DNA of 64,000 nt from Heptranchias perlo (Eukaryota), in assembly GCF_035084215.1 (NCBI RefSeq), contig NC_090326.1, positions 155,558,001 to 155,622,000 on the forward strand. Direction: 5' to 3'. A model generated the notes under the pieces. The model searched no databases and was not told the origin of the DNA. It was given only the letters and a program-made list of their open reading frames with translations. Within the stretch, counting starts at the first letter, position 1. Every line of letters starts with the position of its first letter. Positions 50,681 through 63,156 of this stretch are shown here, one piece after another. Both the position numbers and the translations under genes were made by a program.

Positions 50681-51209
50681 TCCAATTCCTGAAAGTGTTA
50701 CCTGTTGGGCGAGCAACAGTGGGACTGGGATCCATTCAAAAAAAAAATAGAAAGCTTAGCAACACCCCAATCAGTGCAACATGGTTTTTAAGTTGTTCTT
50801 TTTAGGTTATTGAGTTCAAAAAAATCTGATCATTACGGTTCAGGAGTATTTTTGTAACTGGTTCCTAACTGCACCGACTTTGACCAGCTCTCAGCCTAAA
50901 TGGGTATCTTTAATTTTAACCTTGAGATAAAGGCTAACATTCCATTAGTCTTTTTAAGGAATGGCTTGTCGCCTTGGATCCTGGCTGAGAGACAGTCTGT
51001 GACCAAAGGCTTCCCAGTGGTCTCTGCCAATGCTGTTCTGGGCTCGGCCTGTAGAGGGTGTTGTGAGGTGGAACAGTTTCCTTTTGTTATTCCACCATCT
51101 CACCTCTTCAGCGACACAACTAACAGCCCAGCCAAAATAAACAAGCAATTTGCCATCTGGGGAATCTGCAGTGTTAGTGTTAATGTCAGTCACAATTGAA
51201 GGCGTTTTG

Positions 51210-53045
51210 GTGCTCACTCTCTCGAACACTCTTGATTCAGGGATTGTCCCCTTGGATTGGAAAATTGCCAGTGTCGCTCCATTATTTAAAAAGGGTGGGG
51301 GAGAGAAACCAGGAAATTATAGACCTATTAGTCTGTTGTGGGGAAGTTACTAGAATCTGTTATTAGGGACAGAGTGACTGAGCATTTGGACAAATATGAG
51401 CTGATCAGAGAGAGCCAGCGTGGATTTGTAAAGGGCAAGTCATGTCCAAAGAACCTAGTTGAATTTTTTGAGGAGGTAACTAACGTGGTAGTTAAGGGAG
51501 TGTCTGTGGATATTATTTATATGGATTTCCAGAAGGCATTCGACAAGGTTCCACATAAGAGAATGTTAACAAAAATGAGAGCGCATGGAATCAGAGGCAA
51601 CCTATTGGCTTGGAAAGGGAATTGGTTAGGAGGTAGGAGGCAGAGAGTAGGGATAATGGGTATGGACTCAAATTGGCAGGATGTGACTAGTGGTGTCCTT
51701 CAGGGATCTGTACTGGGGCCACAGCTTTATATTATATTTATAAATGACTTGAATGAAGGAATAGAGAGCTGTATATCCAAGTCTGCTGGCGACACTAAGT
51801 TAGGTGGCACAGTAAATAATGTAGACGGGAGCAGAAAGTTGCAATGGGACATTGATAGATTAAGTGAGTGGGAAAAACTGTGGCAGATGGAGTTCAATGT
51901 GGGAAAGTGTGAAGTTATCCACTTTGGACTAAGAAAAATAGATCAGAGCATTTTCTAGATGGTGAGAAGCTAGGACCTGTGGAGGAGCAGAGAGATTTAG
52001 AGATCCACGTACAGAAATCACTAAAAGCTAGTGGACAGGTACAAAAAATAATTTGAAAGGTTAATGGAATTTTAGCCTTTATCTCAAGGGGGCTGGAATA
52101 CAGAGGGTTGGAAGTTATGTTAGAGTTGTATAAAGGTCTAGTTAGACCCCATCTGGAGTATTGTGTTCAGCTCTGCACATCGCACCTCAGGAAGGACATA
52201 TTGGCCTTGGAGAGTGTGCAGCGCAGATTCACCAGAATGATACCAAGGCTAAAAGAGTTAAATTATGAAGACAAGTTGTATAGACTAGGTTTGTATTCCC
52301 TCGAGTACAGAAGATTAAGGGGTAAACCATGTGAGGTGTTTAAGATGATTAAAGGATTTGATAGGGTAGATAGAGAGAAACTATTTCCTTTGGTGGGGGA
52401 GTCCAGAGCAAGGGGGCATAACCTTAAAATTAGAGCCAGGTTGTTCAGGGGTGATGACAGGAAGCACTTCTTCACGCAAAAGGTAGTGGAAATCTGGAAC
52501 TGTCTCCCTCAAAAAGTTGTGGAGGCTGGGGGTCAATTGGAAATTTCAAAACTGAGATAGATCAATTTTTCTTAGATAAGGGTATCAAGGGACATGGAGC
52601 GAAGGTGGGTAAATGGAGTTGAGGTGCAGATCAGCCATGATCTAATTGAATAGGCTCGAGAGGCTGAATGGCCTACTTATAAGATATTAAGGGGAGCAGA
52701 GAGGGTGGATAGAGAGAAACTATTTCCACTGGTTGGGGATTCTAGGAGTAGGGGGCACAGTCTAAATATTAGAGCCAGACCTTTCAGGAGCGAGATTAGA
52801 AAACATTTCTACACACAAAGGGTGGTAGAAGTTTGGAACTCTCTTCCGCAAACGGCAATTGATACTAGCTCAATTGCTAAATTTAAATCTGAGATGGATA
52901 GCTTTTTGGCAACCAAAGGTATTAAGGGATATGTGCCAAAGGCAGGTATATGGAGTTAGATCACAGATCAGCCATGATCTTATCAAATGGCGGAGCAGGC
53001 ACGAGGGACTGAATGGCCTACTCCTGTTCCTATGTTCCTATGTAC
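51210..53045 (+). mobile_element. Degraded CR1 ORF2 (RT) 51210-52680, followed by a second CR1 3' fragment
   Basis: VPLDWKIA..PLFKKG..PGNYRPISL, YMDFQKAFDKVPH, QGSVLGP; frameshifted, FADD lost. Confidence 0.92.
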
Positions 53046-53334
53046 TCCTGATCCTATGTTCCTCACCTTTTTCTGTGCAGCAATCTCCATTTATACTGCT
53101 GCTTTATTCTTCCATGTAGGCCTGTCAGAGACTTGCTGGAGTGGGTGCTTGGTGGCATCAGGCTATGATGCAACTACATGCACAAAGCAGGCCAGGGAGT
53201 TTGACTCTGAGTCAGTCCTGGGCAACACTCACTCACATTATGGCGTTGTTTTTGCTGAGTCAGACTGAAAGTGGATCTCCACTGCCATCAGAACAAAGCA
53301 GAAGGAGGTAGGTTGAGTCAGTTATGTGTGAGCA

Positions 53335-54860
53335 TTGGTACACTTCAGTGTAGTACTGAGGGAGTGCTGCACTGTCGGAGGTGCCGTCTTTCTGATGAGA
53401 CGTTGAACCGAGGCCCCATTTGCCCTCTCAGGTGGATGCAAAAGATCTCATGGCTCTATTTTGCAGAAGAGCAGGGGAGTTCTGCCAGGTGTCATAGTAA
53501 ATATTTATCCCTCAACCAACATCACTAAATAAAATGATCGGATCATTAATCCCATTGCTGTTTGTGGGACCTTGCTGTGCGCAAATTGACTGCTGCGTTT
53601 TCCTACATTACAACAGTGAATGCACTTCAAAAGTACTTCATTGGCTGTAAAGCGCTTTGGGACATCCTGAGGTCGTGAAAGGCACGATATAAATGCAAGT
53701 CTTTCTTTCTTCAGTTGGTTGCGTTCTTGCCTTTTGAGTCAGAACATTGTGGTTTCAAGTCCTGGGAGTTATCATCGAGGCTAACATTTCAGTGCAGTAC
53801 TGAAGGAGGGCTGCATTGTTGGAGGTGCTGACCTTCAGATGAGACGTTGAACTGAGGCCTTGTCTGCCTGTTCAGTTAGACATTAAAGATCCCATCGCAC
53901 TATTTGAAGAAGAGCAGGCAATTCTCCCAGTGTCCTGGCTAACATTCCTCCCTCATCCTACACCTACCAAGAAAAGATCAACTTTCATCCTTATTCATGT
54001 AATTGCTGCTTGTGCGACTTTGCTGCGCACAAAATGGCTGCCACATAATACCATTATTGTAATAAAATGGCCTCTGTTATTGTTGTTCTGTGCTTAGACA
54101 AGATGCTGAGATATGATCTGGGGTGGAACAGCTTCCTTTTGTTACTGTACTATCTCATCTCCTCAGTCCCACAATCTGTCAGTGCCATGGCTGGCATTCT
54201 TCCCTCATTCAACACCACAAAAGACAGGTCAATTGATCATTCATCTCATTTGCTGTTTGTGGGATCTTTCTGTACACAAATTGCCGGCTGCATTCGTCAA
54301 CGTAACAACAGTGGTTGAACATGAACTTGGATCTGAAGTGCTTTGGGCTGTCCTGAGGACTTAATAAGGCGTTACATAAAAACAAGCTTTTTCTTCCTTT
54401 ATATTTCCAAATGTAGCCAGCCGCAGCAGAACCATGCACTCACCATCGACCGAACTCTAGAGATGTAAGACCACCTCATGGATGTCACTTTACTACAGTT
54501 TGAGATCAGTACCAGGTTAGAGTGATGCAAAGTGCCAATGCTGAGTTAGGTGACAGCCGTGGCTCAGTCGGAAACACTCACCTCTGAGTCAGAAGGTTGT
54601 GGGTTCAAGTCATCACTCCAGAGACTTGAGCACATAATCCAGGCTGACACTTACTGAGGGAGTGCTGCACCATTGGAGGTGCCATCTTTCAGATAGAGAC
54701 GTTAAACTGAAGCCCTGTCTGCCCTCTCAGGTGGATGTAAAAGATCCCATGGCATTATTTCGAAGAACAGCAGGGGAGTTCTCCCCAGTGTCCTGGTCAA
54801 TATTTATCCCTCAACCGACATCACTAAAAAAACAGACGATCCGGTCATTATCATATTGCT
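53335..54860 (+). mobile_element. Cluster of Deu-domain SINEs (about 53335-53710, 53710-54050, 54180-54400, 54550-54860)
   Basis: Repeated SINE bodies, cores and tails. Confidence 0.8.
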
Positions 54861-56883
54861 GTGTGCCTGCAGGGAAGAATCGATGGGCAGATCCCGCTCA
54901 CTGGCATCCAAACTCTAGTAAAATTGTAACCCTAGAACACACCCGATGGGACAGCCAGTTCTTGAAAAATAGATTTAAAAATGAGTCTTTCCATTAGATG
55001 ACCTGGTAACTTGTGAGACTCCCTCCTGGAAGAGGTCTCATTTCTCCAGTCTAGATTTGCTTTGGGCAATTTTACATCTGAGTCACATCATGGCATTTAT
55101 GTTAATATGAAACTGAAATGAATCTATATTGATTCAAGCTGTGTGGTATAACTGGCCTTCGAAATCTTCCACGGGGCCATTATTTACATTAGGGCCTTCC
55201 AAATATCTTACTAGCCTAAAATTTACATCAGCCTTCACAGGACTAATATTTAAGGCTGCATATACTGACACCACAACTCCTGGCCAGAATGGAAATGATT
55301 GGGTAATTCCCTCATCAAATACTTCTGGAGACTGCACTGGAAGTGACTGGAATTGATTTTATGCTCATAATTTGTAACTATCCTCCACTCACTGCATTTT
55401 GCTGGTGAAATAATCCTGCTTTTATTGGGAGACTTTGCTGTAGTTTCGGTCATGAGTTCTATTTGCTGTAGTTCATAGAGACTCTTCTTAAATAGACTGT
55501 TAGTTGAGTAAAATAGATTTTGTTCCCTGTAAAATAGACTGTTTGCTGTGAGTCCTGCCTTAAGACCTGCCCCGCCTCCAACTTTTCCAAATCTAGGGCG
55601 TTTGAATTCTTTTGTAGGGCCGATATTTAATCCAGGGCCTTTGAAATCTCTTGGAGGGCCAATATATAAACCAGAACCCTCGAAATCGTTCGGCAGGGCC
55701 AATATTTGTATCAAGTCCTTCAAAATCTCTCCAATATTTAAACCAGAACCTTTGAACTCTCTCACACTGTAACAGGAAGCTAACAGGCCACTCCAGGAAC
55801 ACCAAAATAATTACCCCCATCAAAAAATAAATCTGGCTCAAATCCATTTTCCCTTAGTTAATGTGAAAATGAAAGGCTCACTGAGTTAAATTGAAAACAT
55901 TCAAAAATAGTTCTTGTGCTGGTCAGAGCACCAGCCTGCCAATCATAAGATTATTGAAATCTATGAGAAGGGTAATATAGAACAATATAGAACTAGCACA
56001 GCCCAGAACTTCTGGTGTGCCACAGAATACTTGTGACCTCTTTAACCTCCTGAGAGAAACAAGCACTGGTAAAATTTCCGAGAGTAAATCATAGAATCAT
56101 AGAATGATATAGCAAAGAAGGAGGCCATTCAGCCCATCGTACCTGTGCCAGGAATTTGAAGTAAGGTATGAAATTTCTTCCTGCTTCCCAAGGGCAATAG
56201 AACAAAAATGTCCCTTTTATGTTGCTGCAGTCCTTCTGAGAGAGTAGTGTCATATTGGTCACTGGTCCCCAGCTCCTGCATCTTACTCCCCCATTTACTT
56301 CCTCACCTGGCACCATTCTCTGGCCAGAAGTGGAGCTGCTGAATTTAGAGGCCGTTAATAAGATCCAGGATGGGGTGGGGGAGGGGCCTCCTGCCACTAA
56401 AACAAGACATGTCGATCTGTTCATATTTCCAAGTGCAACTGAGAGCAGGAAAGCCCATGCTTTGGTCCATAAGCTGTAATCCAGTAAAGCCCAAAAAAGC
56501 TGTCAACTCAATCCAGCGCCTTGAAGGGACTGCCTTCAGTCTGGGTGGGAGGGGTTGTAATACCATTGATATTGTCCAATAACTTAGATGGGAATGAAGG
56601 ATGGACCTGAAACCAGCAAATATTGGCAAAAAGAACGCCACAAGATGTGGATTAAGAGGGTTAGACGAAACCTGAACCACACCCAAATCTGATGGGTAGC
56701 ACGCAAACTGGTGGAACACACAGCCTTCAGTTACAGGCCTAGGCAGGATCTTGGAAGAGGGACACGAACGGCTGTCGCCAAAAAAGGCAATAGAATCATA
56801 GAATCATAGAATCATAGAAGTTACAACATGGAAACAGGCCCTTCGGCCCAACATGTCCATGTCACCCAGTTTATACCACTAAG

Positions 56884-57984
56884 CTAGTCCCAATTTCCTG
56901 CACTTGGCCCATATCCCTCTATACCCATCTTACCCATGTAACTGTCCAAATGCTTTTTAAAAGACAAAATTGTACCCGCCTCTACTACTGCCTCTGGCAG
57001 CTCGTTCCAGACACTCACCACCCTTTGAGTGAAAAAATTACCCCTCTGGACCCTTTTGTATCTCTCCCCTCTCACCTTAAATCTATGCCCCCTCGTTATA
57101 GACTCCCCTACCTTTGGGAAAAGATTTTGACTATCTACCTTATCTATGCCCCTCATTATTTTATAGACTTCTATAAGATCACCCATTAACCTCCTACTCT
57201 CCAGGGAAAAAAGTCCCAGTCTGTCTAACCTCTCCCTATAAGTCAAACCATCAAGTCCCGGTAGCATCCTAGTAAATCTTTTCTGCACTCTTTCTAGTTT
57301 AATAATATCCTTTCTATAATAGGGTGACCAGAACTGTACACAGTACTCCAAGTGTGGCCTCACCAATGCCCTGTACAACTTCAACAAGACATCCCAACTC
57401 CTGCATTCAATGTTCTGACCAATGAAACCAAGCATGCCGAATGCCTTCTTCACCACCCTATCCACCTGTGACTCCACTTTCAAGGAGCTATGAACCTGTA
57501 CTCCTAGATCTCTTTGTTCTATAACTCTCCCCAACGCCCTACCATTAACGGAGTAGGTCCTGGCCCGATTCGATCTACCAAAATGCATCACCTCACATTT
57601 ATCGAAATTAAACTCCATCTGCCATTCATCGGCCCACTGGCCCAATTTATCAAGATCCCGTTGCAATCCTAGATGACCTTCTTCACTGTCCACAATGCCA
57701 CCAATCTTGGTGTCATCTGCAAACTTACTAACCATGCCTCCTAAATTCTCATCCAAATCATTAATATAAATAACAAATAACAGCGGACCCAGCACCGATC
57801 CCTGAGGCACACCGCTGGACACAGGCATCCAGTTTGAAAAACAACCCTCGACAACCACCCTCTGTCTTCTGTCGTCAAGCCAATTTTGTATCCAATTGGC
57901 TACCTCACCTTGGATCCCATGAGATTTAACCTTATGTAACAACCTACCATGCGGTACCTTGTCAAAGGCTTTGCTGAAGTCCAT
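56884..57984 (-). pseudogene. CR1 ORF2, RT C-terminal part
   Basis: MDFSKAFDKVPH, VPQGSVLGP, SKFADDTK; open to the stop codon. Confidence 0.95.
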
Positions 57985-57987
57985 GTA

Positions 57988-58196
57988 AACAATTTTACAA
58001 CACCAAGTTATAGTCCAGCAATTTTATTTTAAATTCACAAGCTTTCGGAGGCTTCCTCCTTCGTCAGGTAAATGTTGACGAAGGAGGAAGCCTCCGAAAG
58101 CTTGTGAATTTAAAATAAAATTGCTGGACTATAACTTGGTGTTGTAAAATTGTTTACAATTGTCAACCCCAGTCCATCACCGGCATCTCCACATCA
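57988..58196 (+). mobile_element. Fold-back PLE terminal insertion, family A, in CR1 ORF2
   Basis: Perfect 83-bp arms 57984-58066 and 58076-58158, 38-nt tail, TSD tgaagtccatgta at 57975-57987 and 58197-58209. Confidence 0.92.
58033..58073 (-). ncRNA. Minimal hammerhead ribozyme motif (family A variant)
   Basis: rc = AUUUAC-CUGACGA-A-GGAGG-aag-CCUCC-GAAA-GC-UU-GUGAAU. Confidence 0.8.
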
Positions 58197-60054
58197 TGAA
58201 GTCCATGTAGACCACGTCTACTGCACAGCCCTCATCTATCTTCTTGGTTACCCCTTCAAAAAACTCAATCAAATTCGTGAGACATGATTTTCCTCTCACA
58301 AAACCATGCTGACTGTTCCTAATTAGTCCCTGCCTCTCCAAATGCCTGTAGATCCTGTCCCTCAGAATACCGTCTAACAACTTACCCACTACAGATGTCA
58401 GGCTCACCGGTCTGTAGTTCCCAGGCTTTTCCCTGCCGCCCTTCTTAAACAAAGGCACAACATTTGCTACCCTCCAATCTTCAGGCACCTCACCTGTAGC
58501 GGTGGATGATTCAAATATCTCTGCTAGGGGACCCGCAATTTCCTCCCTAACCTCCCATAACGTCCTGGGATACATTTCATCAGGTCCCGGAGATTTATCT
58601 ACCTTGATGCGCGTTAAGACTTCCAGCACCTCCCTCTCTGTAATATGTACACTCCTCAAGACATCACTATTTATTTCCCCAAGTTCCCTAACATCCATGC
58701 CTTTCTCAACCGTAAATACCGATGTGAAATATTCATTCAGGATCTCACCCATCTCTTGTGGTTCCGCACATAGATGACCTTGTTGATCCTTAAGAGGCCC
58801 TACTCTCTCCCTAGTTACTCTTTTGCCCTTTATGTATTTGTAGAAGCTCTTTGGATTCTCCTTTGCCTTATCTGCCAAAGCAATCTCATGTCCCCTTTTT
58901 GCCCTCCTGATTTCTCTCTTAACTCTACTCCGGCAATCTCTATACTCTTCAAGGGATCCACTTGATCCCAGCTGCCTATGCATGTCATATGCCTCCTTCT
59001 TCTTTTTGACTAGGGCCTCAATCTCCCGAGTCATCCAAGGTTCCCTACTTCTACCAGCCTTGCCCTTCACTTTATAAGGAATGTGCTTACCCTGAACCCT
59101 GGTTAACACACTTTTGAAAGCCTCCCACTTACCAGACGTCCCTTTGCCTGCCAACAGACTCTCCCAATCAACTTCTGAAAGTTCCAGTCTAATACCATCA
59201 AAATTGGCCTTTCCCCAATTTAGAATTTTAACTTTTGGGCCAGACCTATCCTTCTCCATAGCTATCTTAAAACTAATGGAATTATGATCACTGGTCCCAA
59301 AGTGATCCCTCACTAACACTTCTGTCACCTGCCCTTCCTTATTTCCCAAGAGGAGGTCAAGTTTTGCCCCCTCTCTAGTCGGGCCATCCACATACTGAAT
59401 GAGAAATTCCTCCTGAATACACTCAACAAATTTCTCTCCATCCAAGCCCCTATTGCTATGGCTGTCCCAGTCAATGTTGGGAAAGTTAAAGTCCCCTACT
59501 ATTACCACCCTATTTTTCTTGCAGCTGTCTGTAATCTCCTTACATATTTGCTCCTCAATTTCCCGTTGACTATTTGGGGGTCTGTAGTACAATCCTATCA
59601 AAGTGATCTCTCCCTTCTTATTTTTCAGTTCTACCCATATAGACTCAGTGGGCGAACCCTCGGATATATCCCCTCTCACTACTGCCGTGATGTTCTCCCT
59701 AATCAAGAACGCAACTCCCCCTCCTCTCTTACCTCCTGCTCTATCTTTCCTATAGCATCTGTACCCTGGAACATTGAGCTGCCAGTCCTGCCCCTCCCTT
59801 AGCCATGTTTCAGTAATAGCTATAACATCCCAGTCCCATGTACCCATCCATGCCCTGAGTTCATCTGCCTTGCCCATCAGACTTCTTGCATTGAAATAAA
59901 TGCAGTTTAATCTAGACTTCCCTTGGTCTTTGCCCTGCTTTCTCAGACCATCTGTCCGGTCATGTTTTGTACACTCTCCCTTACTGCCTTTTGTTTCTGT
60001 CACCACTTTACTTCCCACTGACTTCCTGCATCGGTTCCCATCCCCCTGCCACAT
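58197..60054 (-). pseudogene. CR1 ORF2, APE endonuclease and RT N-terminal part
   Basis: CIYFNARSL, AITETW, GDFNFP, SDHN, PGNYRPVSLTS, QHGF; continuous frame up to the PLE insertion. Confidence 0.95.
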
Positions 60055-61000
60055 TCGTTTAAACCCTCCCCAACAGCACTAGCAAACACTCCCCCTAGGA
60101 CATTGGTTCCAGTCCTGCCCAGATGCAGACCGTCCAATTTGTACTGGTCCCACCTCCCCCAGAACCGGTTCCAATGTCCCAGGAATTTGAATCCCTCCCT
60201 CTTGCACCATCTCTCAAGCCACGTATTCATCCTAGCTATCCTGTCATTCCTACTCTGACTAGCCCGTGGCACTGGTAGCAATCCTGAGATTACTACCCTT
60301 GAGGTCCTACTCTGAAGTTTAACTCCTAACTCCCTAAATTCAGCTTGTAGGACCTCATCCTGTTTTTTACCTATATCGTTGGTGCCTATATGCACCACGA
60401 CAACTGGCTGTTCACCCTCCCCCTCCAGAATGTCCTGCAGCCGCTCCGAGACATCCTTGACCCTTGCACCAGGGAGGCAACATAAATCCTGGAGTCTCGG
60501 TTGCGTCCGCAGAAACGCCTGTCTATTCCCCTTGCAATCGAGTCCCCTATCACTATAGCTCTGCCACTCTTTTTCCTGCCCTCCTGTGCAGCAGAGCCAG
60601 CCACGGTGCCATGAACCTGGCCACTGCCACCTTCCCCTGGTGAGCCATCTCCCCCAACAGTATCCAAAACGGTATACCTGTTTTGGAGGGAGATGACCGC
60701 AGGGAACCCCTGCACTGCCTTCCTACTCTTCCTCTGTCTGTTGGTCACCCATTCACTATCTCCCTCAGTAATTTTTATCTGCGGTGTGACCAACTCACTG
60801 AACATGCTAGCCACGACTTTCTCAGCATCGTGGATGCTCCAAAGTGAGTCCATCCACAGCTCCAGAGCCGTCAAGCGGTCAAACAATAGCTGCAGCTGGA
60901 CACACTTCCCGCAGGTGAAGGAATCAGGGATACAGGAAGGATCCCTGAATTCCCACATCCCACAAGAGGAACATGACACGGCTGTGGGATCTCCTACCAT
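60000..61000 (-). pseudogene. CR1 ORF1: CxxC zinc finger, coiled coil and SGNH/GDSL esterase-like domain; one frameshift near 60480
   Basis: CSSC...CGKC, IVIGDSIAR, VHIGTNDI, DGLHL split over ORFs 60386..61000 and 60000..60398. Confidence 0.9.
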
Positions 61001-61038
61001 GACTTAACCCTTAAGTTAGCTTAACAACAACTACAATG

Positions 61039-62885
61039 TCAAAGCTCTGCAGTCCTGCCACATCCAGTCGTGAATGGTGGTGGACAATTAAACAACTAAC
61101 GGGAGGAGGAGGCTCTGCAAACATCCTCATTCTCAGTGATGGCGGAGTCCAGCACGTGAGTGCAAAAGACAAGGCTGAAGCGTTTGCAACCACCTTCAGC
61201 CAGAAGTGCCGAGTGGATAATCCATCTCAGCCTCCTCCCGATATCCCCACCATCACGGAAGCCAGTCTTCGGCCAATTCGATTCACTCCACGTGATATCA
61301 AGAAACGGCTGAGTGCACTGGATACAGCAAAGGCTATGGGCCCTGACAACATCCCAGCTGTAGTGCTGAAGACTTGTGCTCCAGAACTAGCTGCGCCTCT
61401 AGCCAAGCTGTTCCAGTACAGCTACAACACTGGCATCCACCCGACAATGTGGAAAATTGCCCAGGTATGTCCTGTCCACAAAAAGCAGGACAAATCTAAT
61501 CCGGCCAATTACCGCCCCATCAGTCTACTCTCAATCATCAGCAAAGTGATGGAAGGTGTCGTCGACAGTGCTATCAAGCGGCACTTACTCACCAATAACC
61601 TGCTCACCGATGCTCAGTTTGGGTTCCGCCAGGACCACTCGGCTCCAGACCTCATTACAGCCTTGGTCCAAACATGGACAAAAGAGCTGAATTCCAGAGG
61701 TGAGGTGAGAGTGACTGCCCTTGACATCAAGGCAGCATTTGACCGAGTGTGGCACCAAGGAGCCCCAGTAAAATTGAAGTCAATGGGAATCAGAGGGAAA
61801 ACTCTCCAGTGGCTGGAGTCATACCTAGCACAAAGGAAGATGGTAGTGGTTGTTGGAGGCCAATCATCTCAGCCCCAGGGCATTGCTGCAGGAGTTCCTC
61901 AGGGCAGTGTCCTAGGCCCAACCATCTTCAGCTGCTTCATCAATGACCTTCCCTCCATCATAAGGTCAGAAATGGGGATGTTCGCTGATGACTGCACAGT
62001 GTTCAGTTCCATTCGCAACCCCTCAGATAATGAAGCAGTCCGAGCCTGCATGCAGCAAGACCTGGACAACATCCAGGCTTGGGCTGATAAGTGGCAAGTA
62101 ACATTCGCGCCAGATAAGTGCCAGGCAATGACAATCTCCAACAAGAGAGAGTCTAACCACCTCCCCTTGACATTCAACGGCATTACCATCGCCGAATCCC
62201 CAACCATCAACATCCTGGGGGTCACCATTAACCAGAAACTTAACTGGACCAGCCATATAAATACTGTGGCTACGAGAGCAGGTCAGAGGCTGGGTATTCT
62301 GCGACGAGTGACTCACCTCCTGACTCCCCAAAGCCTTTCCACCATCTACAAGGCACAAGTCAGGAGTGTGATGGAATACTCTCCACTTGCCTGGATGAGT
62401 GCAGCTCCAACAACACTCAAGAAGCTCGACACCATCCAAGATAAAGCAGCCCGCTTGATTGTCACCCCATCCACCACCCTAAACATTCACTCCCTTCACC
62501 ACCGGCGCACAGTGGCTGCAGTGTGTACCATCCACAGGATGCACTGCAGCAACTCGCCAAGGCTTCTTCGACAGCACCTCCCAAACCCGCGACCTCTACC
62601 ACCTAGAAGGACAAGGGCAGCAGGCGCATGGGAACAACACCACCTGCACATTCCCCTCCAAGTCACACACCATCCCGACTTGGAAATATTTCGCCGTTCC
62701 TTCATTGTCGCTGGGTCAAAATCCTGGAACTCCCTACCTAACAGCACTGTGGGAGAACCTTCACCACACGGACTGCAGCGGTTCAAGAAGGCGGCTCACC
62801 ACCTCCTTCTCGAGGGCAATTAGGGATGGGCAATAAATGCCGGCCTCGCCAGCGACGCCCACATCCCGTGAACGAATAAAAAAAT
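61039..62885 (+). mobile_element. 5'-truncated LINE of a second CR1/L2-superfamily family with a long open RT frame, inserted antisense in the CR1 5'UTR
   Basis: PANYRPISLLS, QFGFR, LDIKAAFDRVWH, VPQGSVLGP, MFADDC; A-rich tail; aatg duplicated at 61035-61038 and 62886-62889. Confidence 0.92.
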
Positions 62886-63156
62886 AATGAGAAAAAAAAG
62901 GAAAGAAAAACTACTTACCACTCCCTTTAAGGAGTTTACTCCTTTAAATTGTTCTTAATTTAGAGAATGTTAACTACACTAGGGACCTTCCTAAATAAAC
63001 GCTACTTCCTACAAGACCTGCAGACCTTCCCTTTCTTTTTACTTTCGTTACTGTAGATAAGTAGAAATACTCACCTGAACCTACTCACCAATCAGGTGCC
63101 TCCCCTGTGTCGCGTCCCGATCTGATTCCTGACGTCACTTCGAACTCGGTCGCAGC

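Noticed and set aside
55250-55765. Polinton/adintovirus GxGL-repeat core protein
   Set aside because: No polymerase, integrase, capsid or TIR evidence nearby; kept only as an unexplained repeat
56340-56580. Harbinger transposase C-terminus (YNPSH...) on the minus strand
   Set aside because: Similarity too weak to support by eye, with several stops
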